DNA of 42,000 nt, taken from the IMG/VR virus record IMGVR_UViG_3300019124_000014, positions 1 through 42,000 of that record, one strand, 5' to 3'. Positions within the stretch are counted from its first letter, which is position 1. Each line of letters opens with the position of its first letter. The notes under the pieces were generated by a model that saw nothing but the letters and a program-made list of their open reading frames with translations, was not told the DNA's origin and searched no databases. The position numbers and the translations under genes are program-made. This DNA is from a virus. Its lineage: Duplodnaviria; Caudoviricetes. Of the stretch, positions 23,749 to 33,674 are shown one piece after another.

Positions 23749-24306
23749 ATGATTTTCGGCTATGCCCGCGTAAGCACGCAGGGGCAGAATCTTGAATCGC
23801 AGCTACACGCGCTGGAAAAATACGGCGTTGATCGGATTTTCCAAGAGAAGCTAACGGGTACATCGAAAGAGCGGCCACAACTGGACGAGTTGTTGAAGGT
23901 GCTGCGTCCGGGGGATCGGGTTGTGGTCTACAAGCTGGACCGCATTTCCCGATCCACCAAGCACCTGATTGAGTTGGCGGAGCGGTTGGAGCGGGAAGGC
24001 GTGGATTTCGTATCCATCCAGGACCACATTGACACGTCTACGGCTGTCGGGCGCTTCTTTTTTCGTACGCTGGCCAGCATTGCGGAGTTGGAACGGGACA
24101 TTATCGCAGAGCGCACTAGGGCGGGTCTGGAAGCTGCCAGAGCGCGGGGCAGGAAGGGCGGCAGACCGGCGAAGGACGCCGACAAGGTTTCCTTGGCCAT
24201 AAGCATGTACGAAAGCCGCAGGTTTACCATCGAGCAGATACGAGAGGCAACCGGGGTGGGCAAGACGACGCTGTACCGGTATCTCAACGACAACCGCCAG
24301 AAATAG
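23749..24306 (+). CDS. Small serine recombinase (resolvase/invertase family) with C-terminal HTH
   Basis: GYARVST catalytic Ser; KLDRISRS; ERTRAGLEAARARGRKGGRP; 185 aa with no integrase-type C-terminal domain. Confidence 0.95.
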   Translation: MIFGYARVSTQGQNLESQLHALEKYGVDRIFQEKLTGTSKERPQLDELLKVLRPGDRVVVYKLDRISRSTKHLIELAERLEREGVDFVSIQDHIDTSTAVGRFFFRTLASIAELERDIIAERTRAGLEAARARGRKGGRPAKDADKVSLAISMYESRRFTIEQIREATGVGKTTLYRYLNDNRQK

Positions 24307-24318
24307 GCGGTTTTTTTA
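24292..24318 (+). terminator. Terminator after the resolvase
   Basis: AACCGCC-agaaata-GGCGGTT followed by T run. Confidence 0.75.
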
Positions 24319-24374
24319 TTTGTCAAAGTGTGTCAGAATTTGTTGTAAAATGTCGGTAGAGGGGAGGGTGTCAA

Positions 24375-24965
24375 ATGGCCGAGAAAAAGGCAAGGAAAGT
24401 GGAGCCAAAACCCAAACGAAAAACAGGGCGCAAAGAGTTGTACCATGAGTTGGACATACCGAGCAAACTGGAAGCCATCACTGGCTGGGCGCGGCAAGGC
24501 ATGATCGACAAGGAAATTGCTGCTGCGCTGGGCGTGTCCAGGGAGTTGATTTACAAGTGGAAGCGGCTTTACCCGGAATTTGCCGAGGCGTTGAAGCAAG
24601 GCAAGTTCGAGGCGGACGGCGAGTTGATTGCCAAGAGTTTCCGCAATGCGGTGGGGCATTATGTGTATGAGCAGGAAGGTTTCAAGGTGAGAACCGTAAA
24701 GCCAATCACCGTAGAATACCCAAACGGACGCAAGAAAACAACGCTAGAAGAAGTCGAGGAAGTGCAGATTGTCGAGTTGCGAAAATTCGTTCCCGGCAAC
24801 GCGGCGCTGGCCATCTTTATGCTGAAAAACCGCCTGCCTGAGCATTACAAGGACAAGATCGAGGCAAACTTGGACGTGAAAAACCAAGTGGTATTCGTGG
24901 ATAACGTGCCGGTTACGGACGACGACGAGGTAACAGACGGCGACAAACCGGGCGTGGTGCAATGA
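24375..24965 (+). CDS. terS: Terminase small subunit
   Basis: GWARQGMIDKEIAAALGVSRELIYKWKRLYPEFAEALKQGK...AIFMLKNR; directly upstream of TerL. Confidence 0.85.
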   Translation: MAEKKARKVEPKPKRKTGRKELYHELDIPSKLEAITGWARQGMIDKEIAAALGVSRELIYKWKRLYPEFAEALKQGKFEADGELIAKSFRNAVGHYVYEQEGFKVRTVKPITVEYPNGRKKTTLEEVEEVQIVELRKFVPGNAALAIFMLKNRLPEHYKDKIEANLDVKNQVVFVDNVPVTDDDEVTDGDKPGVVQ

Positions 24966-26215
24966 AAAAGATTGACGTTGCCAGCATCATCGGCAAGGGC
25001 TACAACCGATTCTGGCACTTCAAAGGGCGTTACCGGGTCGTAAAAGGGGGCCGGGGGTCCAAAAAGTCGGCAACAACGGCGCTGTGGTACATCTATCACA
25101 TGATGAAAATGCCGCTGGCCAATCTGCTTGTGATCCGCAAGGCGTTCAACACGCACAAAGACTCTACATACGCGCAGCTTAAATGGGCCATTAACCGGCT
25201 GGGCGTCGCGCATTTGTGGAAGGTGACAAAATCGCCTTTGGAAATCACGTATATTCCGACGGGGCAGAAGATACTTTTTCGCGGCCTGGATGATCCTATG
25301 TCGATCACGTCCATTACCGTAGATACCGGGTACCTCTGCTTCGCTTGGTTCGAGGAAGCATACCAGGTAACAAGCGAAGATGATTTCGACAAAATTGACA
25401 TGTCCATCCGGGGTGAATTGCCGCCGGGATATTTCAAGCAGATCACGTTGACGTTTAACCCATGGAACGAAAAACACTGGATAAAGGCCCGTTTTTTTGA
25501 CGTATCTGATCCGAACATTTTGGCGATTACGACGAATTACATGCACAACGAGTTTCTTGGCGACGACGACCGGGCGTTGTTCGAGTGGATGAAGGTCCAC
25601 CGGCCACGACGTTACCAGGTCGAAGGCAAGGGGAATTGGGGTATTGCCGAAGGTGTCATTTTCGACAACTGGCAGGAAAAAGAGTTTGACCTTAATGAAA
25701 TCCGCAAGCGCAAGGGCATTGTGGCTACGTTTGGCCTTGATTTCGGTTACGTTGCCGATCCGACAGCGCTGGCTGCCGTTTTGGTGGACAAGCAGGCCAA
25801 AGAGATTTTCATTTTCGACGAGCATTACCAGCATGGGATGCTCAACAACGAGATTGCCGACATGATTAAATACAAGGGGTACGCCAAGGAACGGATCATT
25901 GCGGACAGCGCGGAGCCAAAGAGCATCGACGAAATCCGCAAGCTGGGCATTTCGCGCATTACAGCAGCGCAGAAGGGTCCGGACAGCGTTGTCAACGGCA
26001 TTCAGTTTTTGAAGCAGTTTACCATCTATGTGCATCCGAAGTGTACGAACGCGCAGGTTGAGTTGGCCAACTACGTCTGGGACACCGACAAAAAGACCGG
26101 AAAGCACATCAACAAACCGATTGACGACTACAACCATTTCATTGACGCGCTGCGCTACGCCATGGAAGCCGTCAAAAATCAGAACAAAGCCCGCGTGGGT
26201 CGCGGCTTTATGTAA
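24962..26215 (+). CDS. terL: Terminase large subunit, PBSX/SPP1 family
   Basis: VVKGGRGSKKS Walker A; WFEEA Walker B; TFNP; GLDFG; NHFIDALRY. Confidence 0.96.
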   Translation: MKKIDVASIIGKGYNRFWHFKGRYRVVKGGRGSKKSATTALWYIYHMMKMPLANLLVIRKAFNTHKDSTYAQLKWAINRLGVAHLWKVTKSPLEITYIPTGQKILFRGLDDPMSITSITVDTGYLCFAWFEEAYQVTSEDDFDKIDMSIRGELPPGYFKQITLTFNPWNEKHWIKARFFDVSDPNILAITTNYMHNEFLGDDDRALFEWMKVHRPRRYQVEGKGNWGIAEGVIFDNWQEKEFDLNEIRKRKGIVATFGLDFGYVADPTALAAVLVDKQAKEIFIFDEHYQHGMLNNEIADMIKYKGYAKERIIADSAEPKSIDEIRKLGISRITAAQKGPDSVVNGIQFLKQFTIYVHPKCTNAQVELANYVWDTDKKTGKHINKPIDDYNHFIDALRYAMEAVKNQNKARVGRGFM

Positions 26216-26230
26216 AAGGGGGCGAATGAA

Positions 26231-27712
26231 TTGCCGGACGTATGGGTGAAACTGACCGATTTTGCGGAGGCATTCCGCAGCAACACGCGCTACATTGGTG
26301 CAATCAAGGCAAACAGGGATGTGCCAACAAGTGAAATCATCAAGGCGCTTATTGACAATCACAAAGGGCTTGCCGAGTGGCAGCGCACGCTTTACGAGCG
26401 ATACAAAGCAACGTCTGATGGGGTCCCGATTTTCAACCGTCAACTGGTGCAGAACGAAAATGCCGGGAAGATCAACAACAAACTGAACAACGATTTCCCC
26501 GGTGAGATCGTGGATACCAAGGTTGGCTACTTCATTGGCAACCCAATTTCGTATGTGTCGGGCGAAGGGGAAACGCCGGAAGAAATCAAGGAGTTCAACC
26601 GGAACAACGACGTAGAGGACCTGGATGCCGAAACCGTCAAAATGGCAGCGATCACCGGATTGGCTGCAAGGCTCTTGTACATCAATCCGGAGGGCAGGGA
26701 AGCGGTCAAATGCGCGAAGCCGTGGGAATGCGTGTTTCTCTATGAGGATTCGATCATCAAGCCGGATTACGCCATGCGCTACTATGCTGGTTACGATGAA
26801 TTGGGCCGAGCAGCTACGTTTGTGGAGTGGTACACACCGGGATTTGTGGCGTTTTTCCGGGCCGTTGGTGAAAATCCGTTCACGGAGTATGCAGTACGGA
26901 AGGTCCACAGGTTCGGGGCGTGCCCGTTGTTTGGCATCCCGAACAACGAGGAATTGCAGAGCGACTTCCAAAAGGTCATTTCCCTGGTGGATGCGTATGA
27001 CCGGGCATTATCGGACGTGAACAGCGAAATCGAGCAGTTGCGCCTTGCTTACATGGTGGTACGCGGTCTGATCGTGGGTGAGAACGAGGACGAAACCCAA
27101 CAATTTCTGCGGAAACTGCAACAAACGGGCTTGATCGAGATTGACGCAGAGGGCGAAGTCAAGTTCATTACCAAGGAAATCAATGCAGAGTTTATCGAGA
27201 AGCATTTGGACCGGCTGGAAAAGCGGATCACGCAGGGGGCCAAGACGGTTAATTTCTCTGACGAGGCATTTGGCGGCAATCTGTCCGGCGTGGCGCTGAA
27301 ATACAAGCTGTTCAACCTGGAAACCAAGTGCATGTATCTGCAAAACAAACTGACAAAGGCGCTGCGCCATCAATTCCGTATGCTGGCCAATTCGTGGAAA
27401 GGGCGGACACCGTTCTATACGCAAGTCGCAAACGCGATCAAAGGGACAAAGGCGTTCGATCCGAACAGCTTGGAATTTAAGTTCACCCGGAACGTGTTCG
27501 TTGATTACAGTACCGAGGCCGACGTGCTGGGCAAGCTGACCGGATTGATTTCCACGGAAACTGCCTATTCGCTCATGTCATTCATTCCGAATCCGCGTGC
27601 GGAAATGGAGAAGAAGCAGCAGGAAATCGAGGAATTTGGCCCGGTCATTGACCTGGACGATGCGGGCGACGAGGACGACGAGGAAGAAGGCGACGACGGA
27701 AAGGCGGTGTAA
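26231..27712 (+). CDS. Portal protein, SPP1 gp6-like
   Basis: IVDTKVGYFIGNP, LVDAYDRALSD and NLSGVALKYK motifs. Confidence 0.93.
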   Translation: MPDVWVKLTDFAEAFRSNTRYIGAIKANRDVPTSEIIKALIDNHKGLAEWQRTLYERYKATSDGVPIFNRQLVQNENAGKINNKLNNDFPGEIVDTKVGYFIGNPISYVSGEGETPEEIKEFNRNNDVEDLDAETVKMAAITGLAARLLYINPEGREAVKCAKPWECVFLYEDSIIKPDYAMRYYAGYDELGRAATFVEWYTPGFVAFFRAVGENPFTEYAVRKVHRFGACPLFGIPNNEELQSDFQKVISLVDAYDRALSDVNSEIEQLRLAYMVVRGLIVGENEDETQQFLRKLQQTGLIEIDAEGEVKFITKEINAEFIEKHLDRLEKRITQGAKTVNFSDEAFGGNLSGVALKYKLFNLETKCMYLQNKLTKALRHQFRMLANSWKGRTPFYTQVANAIKGTKAFDPNSLEFKFTRNVFVDYSTEADVLGKLTGLISTETAYSLMSFIPNPRAEMEKKQQEIEEFGPVIDLDDAGDEDDEEEGDDGKAV

Positions 27713-27715
27713 TCC

Positions 27716-28639
27716 ATGGCCGGGAACCTAAACAAAGTCATGGAGCAGATCAACCGCGCCATTGGCCAACTGGTGAAGCGGAACGAACGGCAGATTGCCC
27801 GGCGGTATGCCCGCGCCATCGTGGAAATCCGCGCTGCGCTTGCCAAACTGTACGAGAAGTACGAGCGGGACGGCGTGTTGACGTGGGCTGACATGGCCAA
27901 GTATGACCGGTTGAAGCGGTTCTTGGACGAGATCAACCGGGTTGTTCTTTTGGTACACAAGGACCTTTCCAAACAGATATTTGCGGCGCTGGGGGAAGTG
28001 TACCAGGAGGGCTACTACCTGACCGCGTGGGCCGTCGAAACGGAAACCAAGACGCGGCTGGCGTACTCTACCGTTACGGCTGACACAATCGTTGCCGCGA
28101 TCAACAACCCGATTTCCGGTCTGACGCTGAAAGAGCGGTTGGAGAAGAACCGTCGGGAAATCATTCTGACGATCCAGCAGGAAGTGACGCAGGGGCTTGT
28201 AAAGGGCGAAACCTACAAGACCATGGCAGGACGCTTGAAAGTTGCATTGGAGGGCGACGCAGCCAAGGCAACGCGCATCGTGCGAACGGAGGCACACCGG
28301 GTACAGGAGAACGCCAAGCATGACGCCATGGTCCATGCGGACAACAACGGCGTGCGGATGATGAAAGAGTGGAACAGCTTGGAGGACGAGCGGGTACGCA
28401 ATAAATTGCTTGCCAATCACCGCAAGCTGAACGGAAAACGCATCCCGGTTTCCGGTATTTTTCGTCAAGGCAGAGGGGCCGGGCCGGGGCCGGGCATGAT
28501 GGGTCGGCCAGAACACGATATTAACTGCCGGTGTTTCCTCACATACACCGTTGCCAAGGTGGAGAGAAAGCAATACAATGAAATTGAATCGACAACTTTT
28601 GACAATTGGCGACAAAATCGCCTAAAAGTGTCGAAATGA
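27716..28639 (+). CDS. Minor head protein (SPP1 gp7 / Mu gpF-like)
   Basis: RIVRTEAHR, DERVR...HRKLNG and INCRC motifs. Confidence 0.9.
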   Translation: MAGNLNKVMEQINRAIGQLVKRNERQIARRYARAIVEIRAALAKLYEKYERDGVLTWADMAKYDRLKRFLDEINRVVLLVHKDLSKQIFAALGEVYQEGYYLTAWAVETETKTRLAYSTVTADTIVAAINNPISGLTLKERLEKNRREIILTIQQEVTQGLVKGETYKTMAGRLKVALEGDAAKATRIVRTEAHRVQENAKHDAMVHADNNGVRMMKEWNSLEDERVRNKLLANHRKLNGKRIPVSGIFRQGRGAGPGPGMMGRPEHDINCRCFLTYTVAKVERKQYNEIESTTFDNWRQNRLKVSK

Positions 28640-28697
28640 TTTTACATTTGGGACTTGTTGGGGAATTTCAACAGCAAGGCCGCGGAGGGGTAAATGC

Positions 28698-29282
28698 ATG
28701 AAATGGGCAGAAGTCAAGGCATGGCTTGAAGAAAACAAAGGCGAAGCGGAGGTTTCGGAGTTCCTCAAAGCACTTTCACCGGTGTCCATGGACAACGTAA
28801 AGGACTTTTTGGAGAACACCGAAGAAGGCAAGACCTATCTGCAACGTGAAAAGGACAAGCACTTCACGAAATCGCTGGAAACTTGGAAGGCCAACAACCT
28901 GACAGCTTTGGTGGATGCAAAGGTGAAAGAGTTGTACCCGGACGAAACCGAGGAATCAAAGCGCATTCGTGCATTAGAACAAAAACTTGCCGAGAAAGAA
29001 GAGGCAGAAAAGCGGCAAATGCTGCTGAACAAAGCATTGACCGTCGCAACCGAGAAGAAGCTACCAACGCAATTGGTGGAGTTCCTTTTGGGTGAGGACG
29101 AGGAAAAGACGCTGGCCAACATTGCGAAGCTGGAAGAGGTTTTCGAGCCTCATATCGCCGCAAGAGTGGACGAGCGTTTCAAGGAAAACGGGTATCAACC
29201 CGGACAAGGCGCAGGTGCAAAAGGAGTAGCGGCAGCATCCATTGAGGATATTGTGCGTGAAACACAGATTCGACAAGACTAG
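28698..29282 (+). CDS. Capsid scaffolding protein (DUF4355-like)
   Basis: Charged coiled coil; KSLETWK; lies before the major capsid gene. Confidence 0.85.
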   Translation: MKWAEVKAWLEENKGEAEVSEFLKALSPVSMDNVKDFLENTEEGKTYLQREKDKHFTKSLETWKANNLTALVDAKVKELYPDETEESKRIRALEQKLAEKEEAEKRQMLLNKALTVATEKKLPTQLVEFLLGEDEEKTLANIAKLEEVFEPHIAARVDERFKENGYQPGQGAGAKGVAAASIEDIVRETQIRQD

Positions 29283-29294
29283 GGGGGCTTTACG

Positions 29295-30212
29295 TTGACA
29301 TTCAATCCAAACAATGTCCTGTTGCAAGACGCAAAAACCGGACAGATTCCTTCTGAGCAAGGCACGCTGATTTTGAAAGACACTATTCGCGGTTCCGCCG
29401 TTATGTCGCTGGCCAAACATGAGCCAATGACCAAGCCAAAAAAGACCTTTACATACTTGGCAAGCGGCGTCGGCGCTTACTGGGTAAACGAGGGTGAGAA
29501 AATCCAGACGAGCAAGCCGCAATGGTTGACGGCCACCATGGAGGCCAAAAAACTGGGTGTAATCATCCCGGTAACGAAAGAGTTCTTGCGCTTCACCGTC
29601 GCAGACTTCTTCACCATGATGCGCCAAGAGATTGCCGAAGCGTTCTATGTGAAGTTCGACCAGGCAGCATTGTGGGACACAGATTCGCCATATGCGGCAG
29701 GTCAATCCATTTGGGCTGACATTAACGCATCCGGCAACAAACTGGAATTGAACAGCACCAACAAAGGTCTGTATCACGAGTTGAACCAAATTCTTGGCAT
29801 GATCGAAGAAGAGGACGGCACGCCGTCGGGATTCACGACGATCAAAGCCAACAACCAACTGCTGCGCGGTGTGGTTGACGCAAACGGGCGACCAATGTTC
29901 ACCGATGCAAACGCAGGCGCACCATCCTCTCTGCTGGGTCAGCCGGTCGGCTACGTGAAAAAGGCAGCATGGGACCGCACCAAGGCCGAGATCATCACCG
30001 GCGATTGGGATTACGCACGTTTCGGTATCCTGCAAAACATCGAGTATGAAGTGTCTACGGACGCAACGCTGACCACGATTGTGGATCAAAATAACGAACC
30101 AATCAGCCTGTTTGAGCGTGACATGTTCGCACTCCGCGCCACGATGCACGTTGGCTTTATGAAGCTGAAAGAAGGCAATTTTGCGGCGCTGACGCCGGAC
30201 GTAACAGCGTAG
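29295..30212 (+). CDS. Major capsid protein (HK97 fold)
   Basis: AYWVNEGEKI, KKLGVIIPVTKE and SLFERDMFALRA motifs. Confidence 0.93.
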   Translation: MTFNPNNVLLQDAKTGQIPSEQGTLILKDTIRGSAVMSLAKHEPMTKPKKTFTYLASGVGAYWVNEGEKIQTSKPQWLTATMEAKKLGVIIPVTKEFLRFTVADFFTMMRQEIAEAFYVKFDQAALWDTDSPYAAGQSIWADINASGNKLELNSTNKGLYHELNQILGMIEEEDGTPSGFTTIKANNQLLRGVVDANGRPMFTDANAGAPSSLLGQPVGYVKKAAWDRTKAEIITGDWDYARFGILQNIEYEVSTDATLTTIVDQNNEPISLFERDMFALRATMHVGFMKLKEGNFAALTPDVTA

Positions 30213-30225
30213 GTTGTCGAATATA

Positions 30226-30252
30226 GAGGCGGGAGCAATCCCGCCTTTATTT
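30226..30252 (+). terminator. Terminator after the capsid gene, preceded by a Spo0A box at 30215
   Basis: AGGCGGGA-gcaa-TCCCGCCT followed by TTATTT. Confidence 0.75.
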
Positions 30253-30277
30253 CAAGTGACGAAAGCGAGGGGAGAGC

Positions 30278-30601
30278 ATGAGAAATGGCGACGTGTTGCG
30301 CGTGACGAAAGACGGCAAGGAATTGCGTGTGACATACAAGGCGTACCGATTGGTGTATTCCAACCTGGGATGGAAACCGGTGGAGGGGGATGGCCATGGC
30401 AAAGTTGATCCTGGAACGGATCACGAAAACGCGCATGATGATTCCGCCCTGACACCGGCGAAGATCGAAGCCATGACCAAGAAGCAGGTGGAAGCCGAAT
30501 TGGACAAACTGGTGGCCGCCGGGAAGCTGGACAAAAGCGACTTCAACAAGCGCGACGGCGTGGACACTCTGAAAGCGGTGTTGCTGGATGCAATTAGCTG
30601 A
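30278..30601 (+). CDS. Head-associated small protein with C-terminal helix-extension-helix-like domain
   Basis: Position after the capsid gene; IEAMTKKQVEAELDKL...TLKAVLLDA. Confidence 0.6.
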   Translation: MRNGDVLRVTKDGKELRVTYKAYRLVYSNLGWKPVEGDGHGKVDPGTDHENAHDDSALTPAKIEAMTKKQVEAELDKLVAAGKLDKSDFNKRDGVDTLKAVLLDAIS

Positions 30602-30917
30602 GCTGGAAGCGGTGCTGCGGAAACCGCCGGGGTCCATCGTTGGAACGCCAGAAGAGCCGCAATTTCAACTGATGATGGATGCGGCCATTGACCACATCAA
30701 GCGCGACTGCAACCGCGATTTCCTCAACGCTGACGGGGAGTTGGACTTGCCTGCATCGGTGAAAATGGCCGTTGGCCTACTGGTGAAATCCTTTATGGAA
30801 AACCCAGGCGTTGCCTCTCAATCGCTGGGCGAGTTGTCCAAGAGTTTTTTTGAGGGCGGCACATACAAGGCGGCCCGGAAATTGTGGCAACCATACCGGA
30901 AAATGAGGTATGTCTGA
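30588..30917 (+). CDS. Head-tail connector (gp6/gp15-like)
   Basis: CNRDF, LPASVKMAV, VASQSLGELSKSF and QPYRK motifs. Confidence 0.85.
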   Translation: MQLAELEAVLRKPPGSIVGTPEEPQFQLMMDAAIDHIKRDCNRDFLNADGELDLPASVKMAVGLLVKSFMENPGVASQSLGELSKSFFEGGTYKAARKLWQPYRKMRYV

Positions 30918-31555
30918 TGGGTGTGACGTTCAAGAAAACCAACAACATCCCGCGCCTGACCAAGATTTTGAAGGAATTGGGCAAAAGTGAAATCCAGGTT
31001 GGGGTTTTCGGTGAAGATTCCAACGTGGATGAGGAACCGATCAACATGGTCACGCTGGCCCGCGTGCATGAATACGGCATGACGATCAAGCCGAAGCGGG
31101 CAAAGTTCCTGACCGTCCCGATCAACAAGGCGGCCAAGGGCAAGCGGGCGGCAGACTTTCCGGATTCGTTTATCGTCAAGGGCCGCGAGGGAATCAGCTA
31201 CATTGCCCGGAAGAAGGGGAAAAAGGGAAAGCTGGACCTGCTGTTCATGCTGCTGCCGTCCATCACCATCCCGGAGCGTTCCTTCCTGCGTTCCGGCTTT
31301 GACGAGAACGTGGACAAGATCACGAACAAGATTGCGCGGGAATTGAACCGGGTATTGCGGTTTCAGATTTCCGTCGATGTGTTCTTGGATGCCATCGGGG
31401 AAGAATTTGCCGGGCTTATCAAGAAGAAAATGCGCCGCGTGGGGCCGCCGAACCATTGGGCGACCGTTGCCACCAAGGGATCATCCGCGCCGTTGCGTGA
31501 CGATGGCCGCCTGATTCAGTCGGTGCGTCATAAAGTCGTGGAGGCTGACGAGTAA
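30917..31555 (+). CDS. Neck / virion morphogenesis protein
   Basis: VHEYG, IPERSFLR and KGSSAPLRDDGRLIQSV motifs. Confidence 0.8.
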   Translation: MGVTFKKTNNIPRLTKILKELGKSEIQVGVFGEDSNVDEEPINMVTLARVHEYGMTIKPKRAKFLTVPINKAAKGKRAADFPDSFIVKGREGISYIARKKGKKGKLDLLFMLLPSITIPERSFLRSGFDENVDKITNKIARELNRVLRFQISVDVFLDAIGEEFAGLIKKKMRRVGPPNHWATVATKGSSAPLRDDGRLIQSVRHKVVEADE

Positions 31556-31902
31556 TGGCGGACAAACAGTTTGAATTTGCCGATTTGATTGACGAGTTCC
31601 CGGTGCAGTTCACCGTTTCAGAGCCAAACGGGTCTACCGTCTACGCGCCGAACGGCAAAAAGACGGACGCATACGGACCGCCGCGCACCATGACCGGCAT
31701 CATCCTGCCGTTGAGATACTACGAAGTGAAATACATGCCCAACGGCACGTACACCGAGCGGGACCGGAAGTTGTACACCAAGCAGCCGATCAAGGAAAAG
31801 AGTCGTTTGGAGTACAACGGCCACGTTTACACGGTGCAGGCGTTCAAGGATTACAGCGCCTATGCGGACGTGTTTATTTATCTGGCGAAGGGGGCGGGCT
31901 GA
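31555..31902 (+). CDS. Head-closure / neck protein
   Basis: Size, position and GTYT..DRKLY motif. Confidence 0.65.
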   Translation: MADKQFEFADLIDEFPVQFTVSEPNGSTVYAPNGKKTDAYGPPRTMTGIILPLRYYEVKYMPNGTYTERDRKLYTKQPIKEKSRLEYNGHVYTVQAFKDYSAYADVFIYLAKGAG

Positions 31903-32420
31903 TGAACATTTCCGAAATTCGGGATGCCGTCATTATCCCACTCAACGCATACATTTCCGGAGCATTCCCCGGTGCCGTCGTGATTGAAGCTGACCAGGAC
32001 GGCGACATGCCGAAGGGTCCGCACGCTACATACAAGGTCACAAGCCCGCACATCAAAGACGTGGGAATGGCCGAGGAAACGGTGGAGGAAACGGCGCAGG
32101 GGGTCTATCTCAAACAGGCCAAGAGTTTCAAGGTCGTGTTTTCCATCAACGCCTACGCCAAGGACATTGACGACAGCATAGACCTGGCGACCAAACTTTA
32201 CGATTGGTTCGACTTCTACGGCCAAGAGGTTTTCGAGACGCATGGCTTGGCTTTGGTGAACCTGGGCGAAGTGGAGAACCGGGACGCATTCGTGGTGGAT
32301 GGCTACGAGCGGCGAAACGGATTTGACGTGATCCTGCGGGCGCACAAGACGTTGCAGCAGGACGTTGAGGATGCTGGGTATTTCGACAAGGTGGAGATCA
32401 ACAACAAAATTTACCCATAG
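31902..32420 (+). CDS. Tail terminator / neck protein
   Basis: YERRNGFDVILR motif; precedes sheath. Confidence 0.72.
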   Translation: MNISEIRDAVIIPLNAYISGAFPGAVVIEADQDGDMPKGPHATYKVTSPHIKDVGMAEETVEETAQGVYLKQAKSFKVVFSINAYAKDIDDSIDLATKLYDWFDFYGQEVFETHGLALVNLGEVENRDAFVVDGYERRNGFDVILRAHKTLQQDVEDAGYFDKVEINNKIYP

Positions 32421-32432
32421 GGGGCATGAATC

Positions 32433-33455
32433 GTGGGCAATCGTTATGTCAGAGTGACAATCACACGCGAAACGAGACCGGCAAGCCAGCAAGGATTCGG
32501 CACGCCGTTGATTCTGGCCACGTCCAAGGTGCAGGCGTACAAAGAATACACCGGCGACAATGCGCTGGCATCTATCGGCGTTGACTTTGGGCAAGCGTCC
32601 AGAGAATACAAGCTGGCGGAAAAGCTGCTGGGACAAGAGAACAAACCGGCAAAGGTGGCCGTTTACGGCGTTGCCTATGACGGCGCAACGGGCGATCCGA
32701 ACGACTTGAAAGCGGCGCTGGATACACTCCTGCGGGAACACAGCGATTTTTATTACCTGGTATCCCCGGAGCAGGGCGACGACGAGATTGCCGCGCTATC
32801 TGCGTGGGCGGCGGCCAATGACCGTCTGTATTTCGCTTCTACGTCAAACAAAGACCTGGTTTCTCCCAACAGCGACAACACGTTCGTCATGGTTCATCCG
32901 GATGCTGACGACCAATTCCCGGCGGAAGCGTTGGTGGGATACATTGCACCGTTGGAAATCGGGTCGTACACCGTCCAATTTAAGACGCTGAACGGCGTGC
33001 AACCGGCGAATTTCGGCGCAACACACGAAACGGACGTGAACGCGATCCATGCGAAGAACATGGCCACGTACATCCGCGAGGGTGGCGCAAACATCGTGTC
33101 CGCGGCAAAAGCAACGTCCGGGGAGTTTATCGACGTGATCCAGTCGGCGCATTTCCTGCAAGCACGCATTGCGGAAAGTGTGTTCGGCCTCCTGACGCGG
33201 GTTCCGAAAGTGCCATTCACCAACGCCGGGATTTCCATGACGGTGGCAGCCGTAGATCAACCGTTGAAAGAAGCGTACAACAACGGGATGATTGCGGAGG
33301 AAAACGGTGAGGCGCTTTACACCGTAACCGCGCCGACACGCGCTGAAGTTTCTGCGAATGACCGCGCAAACAGGCTTCTCCCGGACGTGAAATGGTCCGC
33401 AACGATTGCCGGGGCCATCCATGAGGTAGAAGTGCAAGGCGCTTTGAAAGTCTAG
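32433..33455 (+). CDS. Tail sheath protein (DUF3383-like)
   Basis: GFGTPLI, FKTLNGV, GEFIDV, KVPFTNAG and AGAIHEV motifs. Confidence 0.9.
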   Translation: MGNRYVRVTITRETRPASQQGFGTPLILATSKVQAYKEYTGDNALASIGVDFGQASREYKLAEKLLGQENKPAKVAVYGVAYDGATGDPNDLKAALDTLLREHSDFYYLVSPEQGDDEIAALSAWAAANDRLYFASTSNKDLVSPNSDNTFVMVHPDADDQFPAEALVGYIAPLEIGSYTVQFKTLNGVQPANFGATHETDVNAIHAKNMATYIREGGANIVSAAKATSGEFIDVIQSAHFLQARIAESVFGLLTRVPKVPFTNAGISMTVAAVDQPLKEAYNNGMIAEENGEALYTVTAPTRAEVSANDRANRLLPDVKWSATIAGAIHEVEVQGALKV

Positions 33456-33467
33456 GAGGGACGGCGA

Positions 33468-33674
33468 ATGCGAATCATGGACCAAAAGGATATTGACGTT
33501 CATATCGCGGAGATCGTCCACCAAAAGGAATTGCAAAACCTGACCGTTGAGCAGGTAAATGTGGTTGCTTTCTTGATGGAGTTGGCGGCGCGAAAGGCGC
33601 TAGAAAAAGAAGGGGTGAAGCAAAATGGCAAAATCAAAAAGCTACGACTTCAAAAAAGTGTCGCTCATCGTTGA
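33468..33674 (+). CDS. Hypothetical protein between sheath and tube genes
   Basis: AGGAGGG RBS; overlaps the tube start by 50 nt. Confidence 0.5.
   Translation: MRIMDQKDIDVHIAEIVHQKELQNLTVEQVNVVAFLMELAARKALEKEGVKQNGKIKKLRLQKSVAHR

Noticed and set aside
23749-24306. Serine recombinase as the phage integrase or a tail-fibre invertase
   Set aside because: Only 185 aa with no recombinase/zinc-ribbon domains; far from the fibre genes; no inverted fibre cassette seen
24342-24347. Additional receptor operators at lone GTTGTA half-sites (also 2890 and 15681)
   Set aside because: No TACAAC partner 24-25 bp away; they coincide with -10-like elements (TAAAAT, TAAGAT, TAAAGT)
24845-26971. 708-aa minus-strand ORF, and other long antisense ORFs such as 27728-28615, 29061-30149, 35186-36073 and 20022-21137
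   Set aside because: Antisense shadows of well-supported + strand genes; no RBS or recognisable motifs
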